DNA of 64,000 nucleotides from Coniocarpon cinnabarinum (Eukaryota): NCBI GenBank assembly GCA_051942205.1, contig JAVECO010000038.1, positions 62,001 to 126,000 of the forward strand, read 5' to 3'. Shown piece by piece: positions 15,588 to 26,743 of this stretch (position 1 is its first letter; each line of letters starts with the position of its first letter). The notes under the pieces were generated by a model. It saw only the letters and a program-made list of their open reading frames with translations, ran no database searches and was not told where the DNA came from. The position numbers and the translations under genes were made by a program.

Positions 15588-17582
15588 CTACAAAACCTCA
15601 ATATTCACCACCCTCACCTCTTCCAAAGGCCGCTCGTCCTTAACCTTCACCCCCTCAATTCGATGCACGACGTCCCAACCCCCCGTGACCCTCCCGAACA
15701 CAGTGTGCTTCCCATCCAGCCAGCGACACTCCTCCGTCGTCACAAAAAACTGGCTCGCATTCGTGTGTTCCCCCGCATTCGCCATGGAGAGGGTATACTT
15801 CTCATGTTTGAGACTGGTGATCTCGTTCTTGAATTCGTGACCCCAGATGGACTCCCCGCCTGTGCCGTCACCGAGCGGATCACCAGTCTGTATCATGAAT
15901 TTTTTGATGACGCGGTGGAAGAGGTTAGCGTTGTAATAGCCGTTCTTTGCATGCGTCGTGAAGTTTTCAACGGCGAGAGGAGCGGCGTTCGGAAAGAGGC
16001 GGAGTGCGATGTCGCCCATGGTGGTATGCATGATCGCCTGCGTCGGCAGTTGCTTCTTCCCCGCCCCTTCACCACCATTCTGAGCGTTCGTCGCGCTCTG
16101 CGCGAGATCGCGGGGTTTTTCGTTCTGGACGTCGCGCGACTTTTTAGACGGCGATGTCTCATTCGTGAACATGTAAAAGCGAATCTTACCGAGGCCGGTG
16201 GTCACGAGCATCGCGTCGCGCGCTTCCGCTTCTTTCAGGAGCGGATTCTCGGAGGCGGCCATCTCGACAGTCACCAAGTCCTTGCGGTCAGGTTGGCCTT
16301 GGTAGAGCGCTAGGTTGAGGGGGCGAAAGGCTTCTTCGGCACCGTAGACGCGGACGCAGCGGTTGGTGTGGGTGTTGAGGACTTTGATGCCCTCAAGCGA
16401 GCCGTAAAGGAGGAAGTGGCCTGTCTCGTCGAAAATGAGGTTGAGTCGTTTCTGTGTGGCGGGGGTTTCGATGTCGCGCTCGGAGGCGAGGCGTCGGCCG
16501 AACTCGAGATCGTCGAGAGAAACCAGTGCTGTGCCGGCTTGTCGCATGGACTGCAATGTCGAGAGGGACTCGTCGTAGGTCCTGTGAAGCTTTCCTGAGG
16601 CGAAGTCGAAGAGGCGGATTTTGCGGTCCGGGAACGAGAGCGTGGCGAAGTGTTTGCCAGTGGGTGAGATGGCGATGGTGGATGGAACGGATTTGACTTT
16701 TTTGAACTCGAAGAGGTTGGTCTCTGATTTCGTGACGAAGGAGACGCCGGAGGGTTTGTCGGCGGAGGGTGTGGGCGTCCAGTACTCGAGCATGCCGCTG
16801 GTGTCGGCGCTGATGACGCAGTCTGAGTGTGAGTTGTACGCCATGCAGGCAACTGGTTTGCGGTGGACGCCGCTGACTGTGAAAAGTGGTGCTCGCGCTT
16901 CTCCTCTTCCATCCCAGATGGCGATAGATCCGTCGGTCTCGTTCGCAACGGCAAGCATAGGCACGCCAGACCCACTTCGATGCACCCACGTGAGGCAGCT
17001 GGGTATCTTCTTCCTCTTCACATCGGTGCCTTCCGTGTACTCGCCGCATGGATCCTCAATAATGGACACAAGATCGAATGTCTCCACATCCCAGACCTTG
17101 ACCGTGCCATCCCGTCCACAACTGGCGTACTGTCTTCCATCCCAGCTCGCCGCCGTGCCCGTGACCTCTCCAGTATGCGCCTTGAATTCCTTGACGAAGT
17201 CGACATGCTCGTCGCGGCCTGCCTTCTTCCAAAAGCTCACCTGGCCGTCGACAGACGCGGTGATCAGGAACGATGTATGCGGTGTGAACGTGGTCGAGAA
17301 GAGCTGGTCTTTGTGCATCAACGAGCGCGAGTAGCGCCTGCCGTCTGGTAACGCTGCGACATAGAGATGCTCGTGGGGCAGAACGCGACGCTTCTTGCGT
17401 GCTGGAGTGGTGGAGGGGAGAGAAGGGCCGACGTCAGACTCGGAGGAGGAATCTGATCTCGATCAGTAAGACTTGCTTGGCTTTGCGGGCATGAGCTGGG
17501 ACTCACCGTCTGCAGTAGCGCCGTTTGTGAGGTCTGCCTGATCAGCGACTGTTTCGTCTCTAAATCGTTTTCTGGATGCCAT
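15588..17582 (-). CDS. cyp15: WD40-repeat cyclophilin peptidyl-prolyl isomerase (PPWD1/Cyp15, spliceosomal)
   Basis: N-terminal WD repeats (FLITASVDGQVSFWKK, DGTVKVWD) and C-terminal cyclophilin (FHRVIKKFMIQTGDPLGDGTGGESIWG, LSMANAG, WLDGKHTVFGRV). Start 17582; intron 17453-17506. Confidence 0.93.
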
Positions 17583-19245
17583 TACTGCAATGCTGTAACA
17601 AGCGCTGGAGAATGTACACTGGTATTTGAAGTAGAACTACATATAGTAGATCTAGGTGATACAAGTATCGCCACTTCTTGGCGCTTTCTTACTCACGATC
17701 CCTACAGTAATCTAGGCCTCTTCTTCATATTTAACTTACTACCTTATCATTGTTATTTTCAAAGCTTTTTTGTCCTTCTTGCAATAAAGTGTATCAGCAA
17801 TCTCTTTCGCATGTGGCGACTTGCAGGACCACGAAATTTCGTCCGCCGACGCCGAGTAGTGAAGCTCAAGCTTGCACTATGCAGCCCACAGTAGCATGCC
17901 TAGCAAAATTGAATAATCCCGTTTCTTAGAAGCAGAGAGCCAGCCAGACCGCTTGCCCTTGGCTTGCCGCTGGGGTCTGACCTTGTGACCATCGTCAGAC
18001 GTGCCTTGTGCGCTAGCTTGGCAATACAAATGACAGGCGGTCATGCTGCCCTCGAAATCTTAGGGCGCAAGATCAGGAAGGGGAAGGAAGATTGAGGGCA
18101 TCCGCTGTGATGAAAGCTGAGATAAGCATTTCTAAGATCTTCGAACAGATCCCGGTAGGTTCTCAGGCGAGATACAGGCACGAAATACGACCTCCTATGA
18201 CATGAACTTTGTTACAATCCTGGACCAGTCTTTCTTTTTTCTGTGACGAGAACCAAGCTTCTACCTAAAGCTTGCAACGCAGTAGACTATATTCGAGTGG
18301 TAACTGAGAAGACGATCAATGGGATTATCATTTTCAAGATCGTGGGCTTCTGCCCCTCAAGGTGGATGTGGACTGCAGACAGGGTTTGCAGCGGCACGAA
18401 TCAAGCCTGTACGAACAGTCTAGACTCGTAGAGAACCGAAATGTAGAAGACATTAGGTCAATGTGGATAGGTGCATCCATTTGGAACGGCAAGTATCGTG
18501 AAACCATATGGCGTTGATTACATCCTTCTGCGATGATATGGAATAATCCTGTGACTTAGGCAGAACCTCATACGTTGGTTCTCAGTTACCATGGGATTAG
18601 ATTCCGTCTGTATCACATATTAAAAACACCTTTCGCTGTAGCTTGAGCTTGTGCGTGAATTCGCATTCCGCTTGACATATCGCGTATAAATGGTAAGAAG
18701 AAGCAATGTGTGATTCTACAAGTTCAGACCACACTGACAAGATCTGCACGACGACTTGTTCATTCGACATTCTTTTTCGCACTTAGTCTTGCAAAACACG
18801 TTGTTACATCCACACCATGGGCAAGCTAGCTCGTGCTGTGGCTGAGTGAGTAGAGTAGCTGCTATTGCACGAGAAATAGGTGGGAGGCTGGTGTTTCCCT
18901 GCTGGTATTCCCTTTGCTTTACACAGTTGAACCGGAGTTATTTCCATTACAGAAAGCTATCAAGAGTTTAGCGACGGAAGCGGTACAGTATGTTAATGGA
19001 TCAACCAATTGATTGGTCGAGCATCTCAAGGAGATGTCTATGGGGCACGTTTCCAGCGGCATCCATTGCTACCAGTAGAGACTCCGCCAGTGATCGTCAA
19101 TGACTTAAGACTAGGATCACGGCCCAGTAGTCGCGCGATCTTGGGATAGCCCGACTTCCTCCACAGACCGTCAACAACACATCAATCTGAATCTTCACAA
19201 CGGTAGTGCTCTTCGCTCGCTCAGTAGGCTAGATAAATCCAGCGA

Positions 19246-20310
19246 CTAGGCTGCAGTACACGACATCTTGAATGCCCTCTCTGTCCAATCGAAAACCTTG
19301 TCATGCTCAAAGCCTTCGCTTCGAAAGAGCCTCATGAATAGATTACGCAGGTATTCGTAGCTGGGACGTTCGGTGCCGGTGTTGAGATTGATGTACTCAA
19401 AATATCGCTGAAGCTCCTCTGGACAGCCAATATGGCTCCAGTCCATGCTTCTTTTCATCTCCAATGTGCGCGTTTCCTCGGACTGTGTAGGGGTGGCATG
19501 TAAGCGTTGCCAGGGTAGTGAGCCTTGCAAAAAGTAGACCAGCATATACCCAAGGGACTCAAGATCATCCCAAAGCGACTGTTCTGCGTCACGGTTCAGT
19601 AGAGGCTCGCCCGTCTGTGATGAAGTTGCTCACCGTTTCCCACGTGGCCGTTCACGCTGGCAAAGAGTGCAGTCCCCATCAACCCGTGACTCTTACGAGC
19701 CGTTCCCGTCTGCACGTTATCGCCATCACCCAAAGCAAGTCCAAGATCGGTCACGAAGATAGTGCTCCCTTGTCGGCCAACGCCCATTAAGCAATTTGCT
19801 GGTTTGATGTCTCGATGAATGATCTTCTTGACATGAATTTGCTGTAAGCGGTGAAGTAATTGCTCAGCAATCATCAATACAGTTTTGAGAGAAAAGCGCC
19901 GCTCGCAGAATTCGAACAAATCTTCAAGACTGGGTCCAAGAAGCTCAAAAACCAGCGCACGATACTGACACTCCTCACCAAACCAGTACAGGCGCGGTAT
20001 GCCTGGCGAGCTGTGCAAGAACCGGTATACGTCTGCCTCTGTGCTAAGCAGGCTTGGTTCCGTTTCGATACGCTCAAGTTTGATGGCTACGTCTCGTTTC
20101 AGTGCAGTATCAAAACCTGAGCGTACCAATCAACTGTGTGCTATTGTTTGTAAGAGGAACACCGCTCACCCTCGTAAACAACGCCGAAGCCGCCACCGCC
20201 AATTTTGCGTCGAAGCTGATATGTGTTGTGAACGCGTAAGTCCTGTGGAAGTCGTTGAGGCAAACGCGCAACGTGGAGAAGCGTCTTGAGCGTACCAGAT
20301 TACTTGCCAT
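19246..20310 (-). CDS. Divergent casein kinase I-like kinase (~302 aa, kinase domain only)
   Basis: Four exons (20296-20310, 20170-20242, 19634-20116, 19246-19583) splice to an uninterrupted frame: KIGGGGFG, VAIKLE, LLGPSLEDLF, HRDIKPAN, DLG, GTALFAS, DDLESLGY, LPWQ, FDW. Confidence 0.88.
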
Positions 20311-20385
20311 TGACGTGGCGCGTTATTACTGTGGTTTCAGTGAAGTAGAAAACTTCGACTTCGACATCTTTGCGCTTGAATGGAA

Positions 20386-20917
20386 AGTACTAGACGGCGC
20401 TTCATAACTACAAGTAGCTCAAAACTTTGTACGTTATTTTTGTGTTTTAAGACAATTAAATTTATGCATTATATTATTAAATTCTACTAAAAGGAGCTCT
20501 ATCTAAAGCGGTTAAATATGCGTAGCTATATTTATGCTTCTTAAGTAGCCTTTAGAGGATATTATAGTAGATATAAGAGGTCTATATAGAGGTTATTGAT
20601 ACTAGCGTTGTCTTAGTAGAGTAAGAGAATATAGGTATCTAAAGTAGAGTAGGCTAGATTAGGGTTACTAACTCTAATTAGAATCTTGTCCTACTAAGAT
20701 AACGCTAGTAATAATAACCTCTATATAGACCTCTTATATCTACTATAATAGCCTCTAGAGGCTGCTTAAGAAGTATAAATATAGCTACGCACGTTTAATC
20801 GCTTTAAATAGAGCTCCTTTCAGTAGAATTTAATAATATAATATATGAATTTAATCGCACAAAAAACAGTTGCACAAGTATTGAGCCACTTGTAGTTGTG
20901 ATGCGCCATACAGTACT
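20386..20917. repeat. Long AT-rich inverted repeat (arms ~235-240 bp, spacer ~56 bp); foldback/MITE-like, RIP-like mutation pattern
   Basis: Left arm 20386-20626 aligns with the reverse complement of 20683-20917. In the ~170-bp core I count 18 mismatches, 16 of them transitions. Rich in TpA against a ~50% GC background. Confidence 0.92.
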
Positions 20918-21014
20918 ATACCCAGAAAGGTTAGCGAGAGATGTCGGCTTGTGGAGCCCTAACCACAGAGACAAGTTTCTCTACAATGCAAGTCCAGACA
21001 CAGCCACCTTCCGT

Positions 21015-22460
21015 ATGCCAGTCACTAAGCATGCGTCGGCATCGAGCATGAAACGCAAGCACAGCGCCATCGAAGATACAAAAAGCACACAAGACCGCAA
21101 ACGTGCAAGGCACGCATCAGCACCGTCGCACCCTCCCCCTCAATTCTGGGATAATCTCTCACGCCAGTGGCTCACTCCTCATGCGCTGCTTGAATTTGAT
21201 CGCCGCGCGCACGAATGTGGAGAGCGGTGTCTAGTGAAGGCGTCCATCTGCCGTCAACCTCACAAGAGCCCAGACAAAGCACAACTACAACGCTTTGCTA
21301 GGCACGGCGGGCCGGATCTGTCACGCCTTCGAGGAGTGAGCATGTAACACAGAACACCTAATCATGTAATAGGCTGACTACATTAGTTTCTATCATCTAC
21401 CATGAACCCACCTTCTACAAGCTCAACCCAGACTGAGAAGAGGAAGGCAGATCAAGATGGACGGCCGTTTTCAGAAGGCAAGACGTCGAAACGTAGGAAG
21501 ACATCAACATACGATGCTGCATTTGAGCAGCATCTTCTAGATTACGGAGTATATCCTGAGGGCTACGACGAAGATGCAAGGGAAAGTAGGAAAGAAGCAC
21601 GACCTGCCAACTTGGATGATATCAAGGAGGCATTGAAGAAACGAAGGCCTTCCTTGTCGCCGTCAAGATTTGGTCACACTGAACATGTGGCCTTCAACCA
21701 GCGGGATCGCAATGCTCATGTTGAGATGGACATCACCAAGAATGTATTTCCAACCATCACTGGCGAGAACATTATCCCCTCCTCTGGCCACGTGGAATTC
21801 AATAACTTAGCACCGCTTACGGATGGCAGCATTGCATATTGCAAGCCTGACCACTATGAAGGATCTCGGCCCACTGAGTTGGATCTTGCGATACGACACA
21901 GACTTCATCAATTCATCATACCCTCGAACAACACGAGCCGACCTTGTCTGCCTAACTTCTTCACAGAATTGAAAGGTCCAAGCGGAACCACAGAAGTAGC
22001 CGAACTACAGGCGTGCTATGATGGTGCCATGGGTGCGCGTGCGGTGTATCAGCTGCGCTCCTACGTAGACGATGAGACGGCACTGGATGGCAAAGCGTAT
22101 ACTATCACGTCAACGTACATGGGTGGCAAGGGAGCAGGAATTCTTCAGATGTACGTCTCACATCCGGCGCACTCGGGCAACCCTGAGAGACCGATAAATT
22201 ACCACATGACACAGATAGGAGGATGGGTTATAAGGCTCAGCGCAACCACGTTTCGAGAGGGGGTGACCGCATTTCGAAACGCTCGGGAATGGGCTCTGCG
22301 TCAACGGAAAGGGCTGATTGAGAGTGCAAACCAAGTGGCCAAATCGACCCAGCCTCCGCCAAATCTGGCGGCATCAGAAAAGTCTACAGAAATCAATTTG
22401 GCACAATCTGCTACAGGGCAGGCACTAGACTCAGAGACCGCCGATGAGCGGGCCAATTGA
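21015..22460 (+). CDS. Fungal accessory protein with PD-(D/E)xK restriction-endonuclease-like motifs (resembles DUF7924-type / CR-REase-like proteins)
   Basis: Exon 1 21015-21335 (FWDNLS...ALLEFDRR, RFARHGGPDLSRLRG), intron 21336-21386, exon 2 to 22460. Contains KPDHYEG...PNFFTELKG...ELQACYDGAMGAR, a PD...ExK...Q arrangement. Family assignment is from recall, not from a search. Confidence 0.72.
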
Positions 22461-24365
22461 TTGAAGCCCTCACACGAATCAAACTTTCAGAGTCGAGCAC
22501 AGCAACAGGTGTTGGCACTGCTACTGGGTATTGGTGATCTTACACGAAGTCACATTTTCAGAACCGGTCACAGTAGTAACTGTCGTCACCGCTACTGAGT
22601 ATTCGTATCTTACCCTCATTGCTAAAGATACAACAATTGTTTGAGCCTTACCATAATTCACCAAATGCTTTTTTCAAGCAATCCGACAAGCACTAGCAAC
22701 TGCCGCCACCACCGCTGAAAAGAAAGGGAACACAAATCATATCGCCCGGAGACAGCAGTGCGAAAAGGGATGCCCACAGAATGCTGTCGTACTGCTCCAG
22801 CAAAGCGCCCTCCAAGCAGCAAGGCCGGGTGGCGAATGACCCCGGATAGTTGTCTAAGTCAATGTTCAAGATCAGCTGTTGCTATTGTTCTCACTGCGCA
22901 GGTAGCCAAAAAAACAAGGTGGTCAGTAATAATTGGTGAATGTAATGGCACAAGCGGATCCGTCCTTCATCCCTCAACCCGACGGTGGTATATCTGCTTA
23001 GGCTGCTTGCTCAACGGCAAGCCGTACAGTCGGTCAACTCTACCAAATTTGCCACGCTCCAGTGTAACAAGCAACTTCATAAGCTTATGTGCGTGGCCAT
23101 CCTGCTTCTCCGCGGCAGATCTTTGCGAAGAGGGCCTTGAGATCTACGCACGCTGCGCCAACCAGCTCGGTGTATGTGTGTAGGAGCAACATATAGCCTC
23201 GTGACAAATGACCACTTTTCGGCTGTACACGAGTGTGGCGTGCGCATGGTAGTGGGACGCGGCGAAAGAGTGTGTCCAGTCTACAACCATGTCTCAATGA
23301 GTGAAGTATCCTCAGATGCTCTCAGCATCTGAAAGGGAAGTCGCATTGCGATTGGCACATACATGGTGCCGACCATCGTGGCCACACACAACCACGCCAC
23401 AATGAAAGTGATTCGACCTTCGTCCACCGCATTTTACGTCGCTGCGCGTGTCAGCCATTCGTGCATACAGCGAGAAACAATTGCCTCATCGTGCGCGGCA
23501 CAAAGGGCATCTCGGGCAAAGCCTAGAAGTGTGGTCGATAATTCGGTAACGGTTCGGTTCCGTTCGGCTCGCTGTGCCTGCACATAGCTGCGAATAAGAC
23601 TAGCTGCACATCAGACTGTCTGCACATCAGATTAGAGTGCTCAGCTTCTCACCAAATACCTTAGCGATGGTATCCAGACATGATAGCGCGCCAGAATCTT
23701 GAGTCCATGGTCGACGTAGGTGACTATTGACCACTGCATTTCCAACAATCCAACGCCACGTCGATCAGGGGCATAAGTCGTTGCCGGATCTCAGTCAAGG
23801 CGAAGAGCCAGTGCAATGAGAACGACTCAGCTTACAAAGCTACAACCACTACAGCGAAACCCTTTTGTTACTTACGAACTGCTAAGTCAATGTGCGGCAA
23901 GTACTTCCGCACCGGACCGTCCTCAGTCATTGATCACTCGAGCGCACGTGTAAGATGAAACCCGAAGCCTTGGGCCCGATTCCCAATCGAGACATGATGC
24001 CAGCGTAAGACAGTCTGCTGCGCGCAGCATAGAGCGAAGTTCTGGATCAGCAATGCAGTGACGCTGCAGAACACCAGACTCAGAGATACAAAAGGTACAA
24101 GCCTCATGAATCTGTTTGCTTACCTTACGCTCTGTGTCACCGCATCTTCGTATCCAATCCAGTTGTTGAGACCGCATCTTCGTATTCAATCCAGCAGATG
24201 AGACCACATCATCGCGCTTACTCAACACATGGGATTTGTAGAACTCTTAAACTTCGTTGTCCGCCCACAAATTTTTATTGTCAAAGCCACCAGAGAACAA
24301 CCATTAAACTCTCAGCCTTCTACACTTTACCGAAAGACTTCTGACTAACCACCATCTCAACCACG

Positions 24366-25085
24366 ATGCAGCTCATCTCCACTCTTTGCCTTACGGCCTT
24401 CGCCCTCAGCCACGTATGCATTTCCATCATTGTAAATCTTCATGGGTCATACTGAGTAACATTATAGGTATCCGCATTGCCGTCGCCGTCGCCGTCGCCG
24501 TCCACCGGAATTCCGGAGGGCTACGAACTGGTTGACATGACATGGAGCGTGCAGGCCCACCCTAATGGTCCCTACCATGAGCTCAATGGCACCATTGAAC
24601 AAGTACGGGCGCAGCTCAAAGAGATGAATCCCGACTTCGAGCGGGATTTCCCTCCCGTCTCAGGCAATGCGACCGAGCTAGCCGCGAAGGTCGAGAAACG
24701 CAGCGACAGATTTGTGTGCAACACCGCGAAGTTTAGTGACGCTGAGGTCTCCGTCATCCATGACGGCATCTTATACCTCCATGGCGTCAGCGGCAAGCCG
24801 ACACTTGGTCCGGGGCCCGCGAAGTGTTCCCGCGTCAGTTGCTCGTACAACTCCGGGATTACTTGGTGCAATGATGTTTGTAGATGATCGAATCGCCTCG
24901 ACTGTGTCTTTCACTGACATCACACACAGAACAAGAGTACAAAGACATTGACTTCGTTCACCACTATCGCTGATTCTGCTCTGTCTATTCTCAATTCGTG
25001 CGAGGGCGGGATTCGTTCGGCGATGAACGGCCAGGTCTTCCACAGTGACAACTGGAACGTATATGTGGCTGGAGCGCAATGTTAG
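24366..25085 (+). CDS. Small secreted cysteine-containing protein (~203 aa), effector-like
   Basis: Signal peptide MQLISTLCLTAFALSHVSA. Introns 24414-24467 and 24876-24929. KR site (VEKR|SD). Mature domain has 6 Cys, including CSRVSCSYNSGITWCND, and ends NWNVYVAGAQC*. Confidence 0.85.
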
Positions 25086-25239
25086 GCTGCTTCGCCCTGA
25101 CTTGGGTGCAGCACCTCTGGACATTTGGTCAGGATGTGAGACTCCGCCCATTGACAATTTGTGGTATCATTTTGACGCGATTTCGACAAAGTTGAAGCAT
25201 CAGAAGTGCAAATGGTGGATTCTGAGGCACTACCACTCA

Positions 25240-25420
25240 TTTTACAATTGAACACTTGAATTTGAGTTATTGAAATAGTTTAGCATACTTACGGCCACTG
25301 ATTCCCGTCATTGGTTTTGGGGTCAAAGGCACCAACGTTCGTTTTACAATTGAGCACTTGAGTTTGAATTATTGAAATAGTTTAAAGTACTCACGGCGTC
25401 GAATTCTGTCATTGATTTTG
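25240..25420. repeat. Degenerate direct duplication, period ~102 bp
   Basis: ttttacaattgaacacttgaatttgagttattgaaatagtttag... at 25240 recurs as ttttacaattgagcacttgagtttgaattattgaaatagtttaa... at 25342. Confidence 0.8.
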
Positions 25421-25440
25421 TTTTTAACCCTGCAGGCTCG

Positions 25441-25852
25441 GGAAACTCCGGAAACTGTGGAAGCTCTGGAAACTCTGGAAACTCTGGAAGCTCTAGAAGC
25501 TCTAGAAGCTCTAGAAGCTCTAGAAGCTCTGGAAACTCTGGAAACTCTGGAAACTCTGGAAACTCTGGAAACTCTGGAAACTCTGGAAGCTCTGGAAGCT
25601 CTGGAAGCTCTGGAAGCTCTGGAAGCTCTGGAAGCTCTGGAAACTCTGGAAACTCTGGAAACTCTGGAAATTCTGGAAACTCTGGAAACGCTGGAAGCTC
25701 TGGAAACTCTGGTAACTCTGGAAACTCTAGAAACTCTGGAAGCTCTGAAAGCTCTAGAAGCTCTAGAAGCTCTAGAAGCTCTGGAAACTCTGGAAACTCT
25801 TGAAACTCTGGAAACTCTAGAAACTCTCAAAACTCTTGAAACTCTGGAAACT
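25441..25852. repeat. 9-bp minisatellite (GGAAACTCT / GGAAGCTCT / AGAAGCTCT), ~46 copies
   Basis: Directly visible tandem array. Open on both strands as (LE[T/A])n and (SR[V/A])n. Confidence 0.97.
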
Positions 25853-26743
25853 TAGTAAGCTTGCCCACCCAAGCCTCGCGCTATAAGCTCAGCAGAGGCG
25901 ACACAAGGGGTCAGGAATGACTTCACATAGAAAGGAACCCGAGATTTGCATCCTGACCCAGGCGAGCAGAGCGTCCCAACCCAAGGTTGATGATTTCCCG
26001 CGAAAGGGGTGTCATTACTGCAGCATAGATATCCAAACACAGCAAAAAATCTAGACGCAAATAACTCTAACATCTAATTCTAACGACTTGTACCATCAAG
26101 CCGGCCGATTACAATTCCATTGCAAATAGGCTCGTGCGTGGCACTGCAAACAAACGTGGTGGACATGAGGATGTCATGCGAGGAACCTAGTTTCAAAAAA
26201 GTTGCAGAAGCCTGGTAGCAGAAGACATGACTAGAAATGCGTGGGTGTGGAAGCCCGGGAACAGATATAAGTATACATTGCCATTACGCACGGATCGCAG
26301 AGCAGAGATTTAAAACTTGATGTAACATCACGCTTACTCCCTTTACCGCCTGTGCTGCCCGATAACATAGCTCTCAGAAAAGGTTGTGGTAAGCTGTATA
26401 ATCCCGAGCGGAAGAAGCCATACTCTACATATCCGTGCGGTATCAAGAAATACAGGGACATAAAAGCCTACTCCATAGCATGAAGGTAATAGTATGAGCT
26501 TTAATATCTGGCAATCTGCACGTGAGCAGGGCAAGGTCCAACTTCCGACAGCTACAGCCTCGTGAATCGAGATAATGACGCTGTCTTTGCACGATGGAAG
26601 GCTATTTCTTTCTTGCTTTGCGTTGCTAGTCCGAGCTCCCTCATACAAATCTGGAGTGTCACGATGCGGACCAACAGAAAAGCATAGCCTATCCGAAGAC
26701 ATCGAGCCTGCAGGTAATGTTGAGACAGTATAATCATGTTCAT

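Noticed and set aside
20659..20667. TTAGGGTTA in the palindrome spacer (complement of a telomerase template)
   Set aside because: A single 9-mer in AT-rich, mutated DNA, with no telomeric array or recognisable telomerase RNA structure.
25441..25852. CRISPR-like array
   Set aside because: Contiguous 9-bp units without spacers, in eukaryotic DNA.
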